From NCBI GenBank assembly GCA_964583675.1, contig CAZOVH010000001.1:145754-209753 (forward strand): a stretch of DNA of 64,000 nucleotides, in the 5' to 3' direction. Under the pieces are notes generated by a model, which was not told the origin of the DNA, did no database searches, and was given only the letters and a program-made list of their open reading frames with translations. The position numbers were made by a program, and so were the translations under genes. This DNA is from an uncultured Candidatus Saccharibacteria bacterium (lineage in GTDB: Bacteria; Patescibacteriota; Saccharimonadia; CAILAD01; GCA-016700035). Numbering within the stretch: the first letter of the stretch is position 1; each line of letters starts with the position of its first letter. Shown here piece after piece: positions 57,002-64,000 of this stretch.

Positions 57002-57846
57002 AGCTGTCAGTTATATATGTGAACTACAACACGGAAGATTTATTGATAGATAGTTTGGCTAGCTTAAAGAAAAATTTGAGATTAAAACCAGCTGATTATG
57101 AAGTGTTAGTGATAGATAACGCATCCAGGAATCTGAATAAAAAAAGGATTCAGCAAACATTTAAGGACATTAAGATGGTGGAGCTTAACGAGAACTGCGG
57201 TTTTGGTCGGGGTAATAACGAGGGTGCAAGGCGAGCAAAAGGAGAATATATCTGGCTACTTAACACGGATACAATTGTTCCTAAGGACAACAACATAAAT
57301 GAACTTTTAAATTTTCTTCGCAATAATCGAGAGTATGCAGCAGCATTACCCTTGTTATCAGATGATCAAGGGGCTGTACAGCCGGCTCAGACTGATGATT
57401 TCCCAGCGCTCTATAAGCTTATTATTTTAAAACCGTTGGGATTGTTGAGCAGGTTAGTTACAGGTAAAAAAGATGATGTACGGCCTGCAGATCAAGATGT
57501 GGATGTTGCGGTTGCGGCAGCACTCGTTATATCTAAAGATATTTTTCAGCAGATTGATGGTTTTGACGGACGTTACTTCATGTATTATGAAGATACAGAC
57601 CTGTGTAGAGCGATTTCTGCAGCTGGTTACAAAATAAGATTTTTTACTTCTGCTCACATTATTCACTTATGGGGAAGAAGTATTACATCTTCCTCAAGCC
57701 GTAAAAAGTATTATTATGAGTCACAAAACAAATATTTCAAAAAGTGGCATGGAAATACAGCTGCCGCTGTACTACGAATATTTCGTGCGCCACTTTACAT
57801 TAAGAATGTTATTTTAGCGGGAACACATGAGAGACAAGACGCATAA
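56998..57846 (+). CDS. GT2 glycosyltransferase (WbbL-like)
   Basis: VNYN, DNAS, N.GFG..NN, LN.D, YFMYYED.D. Confidence 0.9.
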   Translation: MKLSVIYVNYNTEDLLIDSLASLKKNLRLKPADYEVLVIDNASRNLNKKRIQQTFKDIKMVELNENCGFGRGNNEGARRAKGEYIWLLNTDTIVPKDNNINELLNFLRNNREYAAALPLLSDDQGAVQPAQTDDFPALYKLIILKPLGLLSRLVTGKKDDVRPADQDVDVAVAAALVISKDIFQQIDGFDGRYFMYYEDTDLCRAISAAGYKIRFFTSAHIIHLWGRSITSSSSRKKYYYESQNKYFKKWHGNTAAAVLRIFRAPLYIKNVILAGTHERQDA

Positions 57847-59218
57847 GTTTATTACATACATCCGTAGTAATCCTGACTTAACCCTCCTTCAAGTCATGGT
57901 ATTGTCTTTGCCGTTTGAGCGCATACCGTCTTTAGATGTTGCATTCGTAACACTTAGGCCGAGTTTACTAATCGGGGGTATATTGATTTTCCGGGCGCTT
58001 TGGCTGCTTGGCAGGTTTCGTAAACTAGCAAAGTTGCCGCTCGAGGTATTGTTAATTGGGCTATTCATATTGTGGATAACATTACTTATCCCTGCCTCTA
58101 TAAGTCAGACCCGAGCTCTGCAGGTGGTAGTTTATACAAGTTTTACAGTTAGTGTTGCTCTAAGTATTTTCTATATTTGGCAGAAGATTAATTCTCAATC
58201 TAGGAGAAAAGTAATTTTGGCATTGTATGTAGCGGCTATTGTTACTTCAATCTTTGGGCTTTATCAGTATTTTGGTGACTTTTTTGGACTAGGGCCTAAC
58301 TTCACGGGACTTGCCGAAAGGTATAGCTGGAAGGTCTTTGGCTTTGCTAGAGTTCAATCGACGGGCTTAGAGCCTCTCTACTATGGTTCCTACTTATTAA
58401 TGCCTACACTCATTCTCATGAATGAGATTCTTTACAGAAAAGACACTATCCCGTATAGCGCAGCAGTATTGACTTTATTCGTGACGACGCTAGGTCTCAC
58501 TCTGTCGAGGGGTGCAATTTATGGCCTGATTGGTGCGACTTTAGTTACCTTTTTCTTGTCGGCGATCTTTAGGAAAAAACTCAAGCAAGGCAGATTTAAA
58601 AGAGTAGTTCTGGCAATTGTTATGGGCTTTCTGTTGTCATTGGCATGTGTCCAGCTCTTCAACCGTACGCCGCCAACCGAAGGGCCTACTGAGGGCAAGA
58701 AAGCCGCGGGTGCTTACGTGCAACAGCTTACAAACTCCGGAGTTGAAGGGGCTGGTGATGACCGAAGTCGTTTTAGGAGCAAGGCAATTAGTATGGCCAC
58801 CTCCGATATTAATGTTTTGATGTTTGGTATAGGGCCAGGGCAATTTGGTCCGTATATTCAAGGGACTAATGCTGAGGGGGGCTGGGTAATCGTAAATAAT
58901 CTTCCATTAGAAATTCTTTTGGAAACTGGTGTAATTGGATTTCTCATCATGCTAACTGTAATTATCCTAGTTGTTCGTCAGTCTCTTACTTTATTGTCAA
59001 AAGCTGATAGCTACGAGAGCTATCTTATCTTTGGCTTGCTTGCATATCTATTTTCTCAGTTCATTCAGGCACAAACATTTTCTACTCTTTATATTCTTCA
59101 CATTTGGAGTGCGATAGGAATCTTATTGGCTGTAAATTACTCCGCGAAAAGATCTATTCAGACTAGCAAGAGAAAGCGTGCACAAGGCAGAAAGCATGCA
59201 GCTACGACCAAGTCTTAG
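57827..59218 (+). CDS. O-antigen ligase/polymerase-like (Wzy_C) membrane protein
   Basis: R..ST..EP, T.SRG, FGIGPG, N..L..L.E.G..G; multi-TM. Confidence 0.82.
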   Translation: MRDKTHKFITYIRSNPDLTLLQVMVLSLPFERIPSLDVAFVTLRPSLLIGGILIFRALWLLGRFRKLAKLPLEVLLIGLFILWITLLIPASISQTRALQVVVYTSFTVSVALSIFYIWQKINSQSRRKVILALYVAAIVTSIFGLYQYFGDFFGLGPNFTGLAERYSWKVFGFARVQSTGLEPLYYGSYLLMPTLILMNEILYRKDTIPYSAAVLTLFVTTLGLTLSRGAIYGLIGATLVTFFLSAIFRKKLKQGRFKRVVLAIVMGFLLSLACVQLFNRTPPTEGPTEGKKAAGAYVQQLTNSGVEGAGDDRSRFRSKAISMATSDINVLMFGIGPGQFGPYIQGTNAEGGWVIVNNLPLEILLETGVIGFLIMLTVIILVVRQSLTLLSKADSYESYLIFGLLAYLFSQFIQAQTFSTLYILHIWSAIGILLAVNYSAKRSIQTSKRKRAQGRKHAATTKS

Positions 59219-60380
59219 AAAAATTAAAAGTATAGTTGGTCGCTATCCAGCAATTACGATAGTATTTGCGTGGCTAATAGTCTTGATTTTGCTACGTACT
59301 TATGTAGTAGCAGCGATTAGCCAGCCTGGTAATCTAGATTACAATCCGCCGGTCGTATCGACTATACAGGGTGCTGTGAAATGGGATGGGCACTATTATC
59401 TACAGATAATACGTCAGGGATACGATTTTTCTGGACCAACTGCTGTTTTCTATCCAATCTTCCCCCTTATTGTAGGACTACTCAGTAGACTTGGCTTAGG
59501 CATAGTTATTTCAGCGCAGATAGTGAATGCATTGGCATTAATTCTTGCCTCACAGGGGCTCTATTTGCTAACTATACTAGTTACAAAAAAACGCCAAATT
59601 GCCCTCCTAGCCGTTCTTGCTTGGCTAGCTTTTCCAGTAGCGCATTTCTTTATTGCCTTTTACACAGAGGCTCTTTTTTCTGCATTGGTAGTGTGGTCGC
59701 TTTATTTTCTTTTACGAAAAAAGTACATATGGGCAGGTGTTTTAGCTGGGTTTGCTACCGGCACACGGGGGGCTGGCGTAGTACTTGGCTTGGTGATTTT
59801 AATTCAGTATCTTGCCGATAAGGGTTGGTCCTGGAGGAAGATTGATTGGCAGATCTTGGCGGTTCCAATTTCATTTTTTGGCATCGCCGCATATTGGTTG
59901 TGGATTTACAGGGAGACGAAAATTTTACCTTGGGTTTTCTTTTCGGGGCTCTATGCTAAATTCTGGCCATACATGCGCTTTGAGTCGAATATCCTAAAAA
60001 CGCTCTACGTTGAGTTGTTATCGATGGTAACGCTGATTAATTCAACGAGCTGGATGGATGCTTGGTTGAGCGAGTGGTTTACGAAGTTGCACTTCTTTGT
60101 TGCGTGGTTGACGATTGTTTATAGTGCTTGGCTCGGTTGGGTTAAAAAGTTGCCACTGGCTTTGGTGTTGTATTCGGCGCTCACTGCACTAATGCTGATA
60201 TTAACCGGAAATTTTGTATCGCATTCCCGTTATATTCTGCCAGTTTTTCCGGTGTTCATCCTCATTGCAATGTGGCTCGATAAGCAGGCTGAGTGGGTGA
60301 GAACTCTATACTTTGTCGTATCTGCCATTGCACTTGGTGCCATGCTCACGCTATTTTCTAATGGCTATTGGGTTGGCTAA
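59196..60380 (+). CDS. GT-C membrane mannosyltransferase-like protein (PIG-V-like)
   Basis: WDG.YY..I...GY, FYP.FP, YTEALF, S.SRY motifs. Confidence 0.8.
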   Translation: MQLRPSLRKIKSIVGRYPAITIVFAWLIVLILLRTYVVAAISQPGNLDYNPPVVSTIQGAVKWDGHYYLQIIRQGYDFSGPTAVFYPIFPLIVGLLSRLGLGIVISAQIVNALALILASQGLYLLTILVTKKRQIALLAVLAWLAFPVAHFFIAFYTEALFSALVVWSLYFLLRKKYIWAGVLAGFATGTRGAGVVLGLVILIQYLADKGWSWRKIDWQILAVPISFFGIAAYWLWIYRETKILPWVFFSGLYAKFWPYMRFESNILKTLYVELLSMVTLINSTSWMDAWLSEWFTKLHFFVAWLTIVYSAWLGWVKKLPLALVLYSALTALMLILTGNFVSHSRYILPVFPVFILIAMWLDKQAEWVRTLYFVVSAIALGAMLTLFSNGYWVG

Positions 60381-60382
60381 AA

Positions 60383-60413
60383 GTTGACGCGTTAACTAAT
60401 TGGCGCGTACCAT
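60383..60413 (+). promoter_or_regulatory. Promoter with overlapping palindromes (putative MarR operator)
   Basis: TTGACG-18-TACCAT; near-palindrome GTTGACGCGTTAAC and inverted repeat ACGCGTTAA/TTGGCGCGT. Confidence 0.55.
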
Positions 60414-60420
60414 AAAGAGT

Positions 60421-61776
60421 ATGACGGTCGATCAACTTACGTGGAAACAATGGCGCTGGATTCTATTGTGGCTCGTGCAAATTGTTATGATCGCTGCGGT
60501 GTGGCTTTTTAGTAGCGGCAAGCTTATCGGCACTGGCTATGTGCCTACTCTCATTGCATTCGCCAGACTTGCAGGTTTGTTCGCGGCGTTTACCGTGCTT
60601 ACACAGGTAGTGCTTGTAAGTAGGGTGACGTTTATTGAAAGAGACTTTGGTCTTGATAGGCTCACTCGCATACATCGCTGGAATGGGTTTGCGGCATTAG
60701 TGCTCGTACTCATGCACGTGCCCACGCTTATTTTGGCATACTCTACCGTGTATGGCGTGCAACCTCCTGAAGTATTGCCGCTTTTCTTCCAAAACTTTGA
60801 AGACACGCTTCAAGCCTTTATTGCCGAAATACTACTCGTTATCGTTGCCGTTTCATCGCTAGTGATTGCCCGTAAAAAACTGCGTTATGAGTGGTGGTAT
60901 GCAATACATCTCTTGACGTATCTGGTCGTGCTGTTTTCGTTTGGCCACCAAATAGATAATGGTAGGGAGCTCACAAAAATTGAGTGGTTCCGCATGTACT
61001 GGATTGCACTCTATGGATTGGTGTTTCTTTTGGTTGTATATTACCGGTTTGCGCGCCAGTTATTGCTCTATAAGCAGCAGGATTTTCGTGTGGCTCGAAT
61101 TGTTCAAGAGGCGAGCGGTATACATAGCGTGTATATTCGTGGGAAAAATATTCGAAACTTTCACTATACTGCCGGACAGTTTGGTAAGTTTCGCTTTTTA
61201 GCCAAGGGCTTTTGGCTGCAAGAGCACCCTTTTAGTTTTTCTCTAGAGCCAAATAGTGATGAGTTGAGGATTAGTGTAAAAACGCTGGGTGATTTTACAG
61301 CAAATATTGCCCAGCTTCCGGAGAATACTCGCGTAATTGTGGATGGGCCTTACGGGCGTTTTACCACCGAAAGAATTACACAAAAACGTGCTGTATATAT
61401 TGCGGGTGGCATTGGTATTACTCCAATTCGTTCTATGCTTGGCGCGTTGGCTGAAGCTGGCGCCAAAGAGAAGTTATGGCTGTTTTATAGTACTAAAGCA
61501 AGTAGTGAGAGGGTGTTTGAAAAAGAGCTTGCTCGAATTTCTCGAGACATAGATCTTACTCTGCGGAATGTGGTGCAAGAAGGTCCTAAGAAACAAGATA
61601 TTGCCGGCATGATTTCTGCTGATATCCTGAAAAAAGAACTTAAGAATTTGAGCGGTACGGACTTTTATATTTGTGGCCCTCCTGGCATGATGCGCGCCAT
61701 AAAAACCCAATTACTCGATGCAGGTGTGGCACCAGTAAACATTCATACAGAAGAATTTAGTTTGGTGAAATCATGA
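60421..61776 (+). CDS. Ferric-reductase-like membrane oxidoreductase with FAD/NAD-binding domain
   Basis: HRW.G and H...Y heme-ligand TMs; HPFS, GPYG, AGGIGITP, CGP, E.F; start moved to 60421. Confidence 0.9.
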   Translation: MTVDQLTWKQWRWILLWLVQIVMIAAVWLFSSGKLIGTGYVPTLIAFARLAGLFAAFTVLTQVVLVSRVTFIERDFGLDRLTRIHRWNGFAALVLVLMHVPTLILAYSTVYGVQPPEVLPLFFQNFEDTLQAFIAEILLVIVAVSSLVIARKKLRYEWWYAIHLLTYLVVLFSFGHQIDNGRELTKIEWFRMYWIALYGLVFLLVVYYRFARQLLLYKQQDFRVARIVQEASGIHSVYIRGKNIRNFHYTAGQFGKFRFLAKGFWLQEHPFSFSLEPNSDELRISVKTLGDFTANIAQLPENTRVIVDGPYGRFTTERITQKRAVYIAGGIGITPIRSMLGALAEAGAKEKLWLFYSTKASSERVFEKELARISRDIDLTLRNVVQEGPKKQDIAGMISADILKKELKNLSGTDFYICGPPGMMRAIKTQLLDAGVAPVNIHTEEFSLVKS

Positions 61777-62312
61777 AGCAAGAATGTTTTTCCTACGCAT
61801 CGGCGCTTCAGCTGAGAAAAATAATGTACCAAATGGATAAAATGGCCGAACGTGCGCTAGCCGAGCAGCATCAGCTTACGCTTTCACAGTTTTTTGTGTT
61901 AGTAAAAATACAGGGTGATGAGCCGTGCCAGCGCGATCTAGCAGAAAGTCTTGGCATCACGCCAGCGGCAGTGTCTCGACATATTGCTACGCTTACGGAG
62001 CTTGGCTATGTTGCAAGGACGCCGGGTGAGACCGACCGTCGTTTTGACTCTTTACAGCTCACCCCAGCTGGACAAACTACCTTTCGGGATGCATCTAAGT
62101 TGATAGATAAGTTTTTCTCGGAGCAATCGCAGAGTGTTACTCGGGATCAATATACGCAGATCTCTGCGGCTTTAGCAGCGCTTTCTTGTTGTTTTGATAG
62201 GGGTGGGGCGGCTAAAGTTGAGCAGAAATCTAAGAAGACATTGCGCCCAGAAAAATTGATTGCAAGCTTGGTGGTGTTAGGCACAATTCTTTCATTCGAC
62301 GTGATACGATAG
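61773..62312 (+). CDS. MarR-family regulator with atypical C-terminal tail
   Basis: LTLSQF.VL, LA..LGITPAAVSR....L...G.V.R....DRR.....LT..G. Confidence 0.85.
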   Translation: MKQECFSYASALQLRKIMYQMDKMAERALAEQHQLTLSQFFVLVKIQGDEPCQRDLAESLGITPAAVSRHIATLTELGYVARTPGETDRRFDSLQLTPAGQTTFRDASKLIDKFFSEQSQSVTRDQYTQISAALAALSCCFDRGGAAKVEQKSKKTLRPEKLIASLVVLGTILSFDVIR

Positions 62313-62315
62313 AAT

Positions 62316-62756
62316 GTGATGCATAAAAAAGCCACACTCTACGTAATCGGATTTGCAACGTTTTCTTTGTTGCAATATATGTGGCTGCAAGTTGCGGCAC
62401 GGGATATCTATAAACGTGCGCTTGAGCAATATGTATCGAATGAATTTTCGCTCGTATGGTTTATTTTGTTCGGGGTAATTTTTTCGGCTGGGCTAACCTA
62501 TATAGCCATAACTCGCGAAAAGAAACGACCGACCATGGGGCAGTCTTTACTGCGAGCGGGTGTATTTGGCGGCTTGGTTTTTGGGCTCATCAATATAAAG
62601 AATTTGCAATTTTTGCAAGACTGGCAACTGGGAATTTCTGTAATTGACACGATATGGGGCGCTGTTGTGGCCACAGCAAGCGTGGCGCTCACACTTATTA
62701 TTTTTGAAAAACTGGAGGAGACACGTAATGGAGCAAAACAACGACCCAATTCTTGA
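62316..62756 (+). CDS. DUF2177-like membrane protein
   Basis: Four TMs, G..FG......N......W......D..WG pattern. Confidence 0.7.
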   Translation: MMHKKATLYVIGFATFSLLQYMWLQVAARDIYKRALEQYVSNEFSLVWFILFGVIFSAGLTYIAITREKKRPTMGQSLLRAGVFGGLVFGLINIKNLQFLQDWQLGISVIDTIWGAVVATASVALTLIIFEKLEETRNGAKQRPNS

Positions 62757-63873
62757 ACACGCAAAGCACCGGGGAAAGATCCATATTGAATCGAATGCCG
62801 CACTTACTGAAACATCGCTTGCGACATTTTATACGCCGGGTGTGGCAGCGGTTTCGCGCGAGCTGGCAGAAAAGCCAGAGCGTGCTCGAGAGTTAACTAG
62901 TGCTGCTGGCGCTGTGGCGGTAGTGAGTGATGGCTCTGCAGTTCTAGGTCTCGGAAATGTGGGTCCACAGGCGGCTCTACCGGTTATGGAAGGCAAAGCA
63001 ATGTTGTTTCGCGAGTTGGGGGGAGTCAACGCTTGGCCAATTGTACTATCTACGCAAGACCCTGATGAGGTCGTGCAGGCAGTGCGTGCAATTGCTCCAG
63101 GCTTTGGCGGCATAAATTTAGAAGACATAGCTGCACCTGGCTGCTTTGAGATAGAGAGGCGATTGCAGGCTGAGCTGGATATTCCGGTTGTACATGACGA
63201 TCAGCACGCTACGGCTATTGTGGTGTTGGCTGGTATGTATAACGCGCTCAAAGTTGTTGGCAAGCAGCTGTCTGATGTGCGGGTTGTGGTTAATGGTGCC
63301 GGTGCGGCTGGCTCGGGAATTGCTAGACTTGTATATCAAGCCGGTGTACGTGAGTTGATCGTGGTTGATTCTCGCGGAATTTTGTCAGCTGATCGAGGTG
63401 ATTTACGCGGCGAAAAAGCCGAGCTTGCTAAGTTGAGCGGCGCTACGGAAAACGGGGGTTTGTCTGAGGCGGTTCGGCGTGCGGACGTGCTTATTGGTGT
63501 TTCGGTAGCTGGAGCATTCACGCCTCAGATTATTCAAGGCATGAACAGTGACCCAATTGTTTTTGCACTGGCTAACCCAGAGCCAGAAATTTTACCTGAA
63601 GACGCTAAGGCGGCAGGTGTGGCTGTTATGGCAACCGGTAGATCCGACTTGCCCAATCAGATAAATAATGTATTGGTGTTTCCTGGCTTGTTTAGGGGCT
63701 TGATGGACGCGCATAAAAATACTGTTTCGTCCAACGATAAATTGCGTGTCGCCAAGGCGTTGGCTGGTCTCATTGATACACCTCGAGCAGAACACATAAT
63801 TCCCGACGTGTTTGATAGTCGGGTTGCTTCGTGCGTTGCCGCGGCGATTACAGGTGATACAATAGAAGCATAA
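62728..63873 (+). CDS. NAD(P)-dependent malic enzyme
   Basis: YTPGVA, DGSAVLGLG, MEGKA.LF, NLEDI, HDDQH, GAGAAG, ANP.PE, NQINN; GGAGGAG RBS before ATG 62728. Confidence 0.95.
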   Translation: MEQNNDPILEHAKHRGKIHIESNAALTETSLATFYTPGVAAVSRELAEKPERARELTSAAGAVAVVSDGSAVLGLGNVGPQAALPVMEGKAMLFRELGGVNAWPIVLSTQDPDEVVQAVRAIAPGFGGINLEDIAAPGCFEIERRLQAELDIPVVHDDQHATAIVVLAGMYNALKVVGKQLSDVRVVVNGAGAAGSGIARLVYQAGVRELIVVDSRGILSADRGDLRGEKAELAKLSGATENGGLSEAVRRADVLIGVSVAGAFTPQIIQGMNSDPIVFALANPEPEILPEDAKAAGVAVMATGRSDLPNQINNVLVFPGLFRGLMDAHKNTVSSNDKLRVAKALAGLIDTPRAEHIIPDVFDSRVASCVAAAITGDTIEA

Positions 63874-63884
63874 AAGGTATTTCT

Positions 63885-64000
63885 ATGGCTCAATCGCCAA
63901 AAGTTGTTTCGTCATCTCGGGCTAAAAAACCAATGTCAAAGGGCGCCAAGCTGGCAATCATAGGCGGCGGCATTGTGGTTGTACTATTTGTTGCTGTGAT
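63885..64000 (+). CDS. Partial membrane-anchored protein (runs off window)
   Basis: MAQSPKVVSSSRAKKPMSKGAKLAIIGGGIVVVLFVAV... open to the end of the window. Confidence 0.5.
   Translation, partial: MAQSPKVVSSSRAKKPMSKGAKLAIIGGGIVVVLFVAV

Overview
Replication-origin region of a small-genome Patescibacteria (CPR) chromosome, most likely Saccharimonadia-like (inferred from gene content and style, not from a database search). The left end has recF(partial)-dnaN-dnaA divergent from rpmH-rnpA-yidD-yidC-jag, with a bipartite oriC of DnaA-box clusters and a Bacillus-type DnaA-trio unwinding element. A 6,601-bp mobile element is integrated at the 3' end of tRNA-Asn, bounded by the 9-bp direct repeat CGGAGCCAA (10693-10701 and 17294-17302). 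It encodes a large serine recombinase, a Rep_trans-like rolling-circle initiator, a SpoVG-like protein, an excisionase-like HTH, SHOCT and Ltp proteins and a C-protein-like XRE, but no capsid or conjugation genes. The most striking observation is that the attachment site lies inside the recombinase gene. Integrated, the enzyme ends in 10 residues read antisense from the tRNA (499 aa). Excised, it would instead gain an in-frame 38-aa acidic tail stored at the far end of the element (527 aa). A second strong candidate is an unannotated ~260-nt pseudoknotted RNA at 23255-23517 (- strand) with its own sigma70 promoter and terminator. The rest of the window holds stress/detox genes, a Pif1 helicase, a glycerate kinase-enolase-hydroxyacid dehydrogenase operon, transporters, secreted cell-wall proteins, a ~16-kb fucosylated surface-glycan locus, a ferric-reductase/MarR unit and malic enzyme. 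Many genes appear leaderless. No CRISPR array or rRNA was seen. All calls come from motif recognition by eye.
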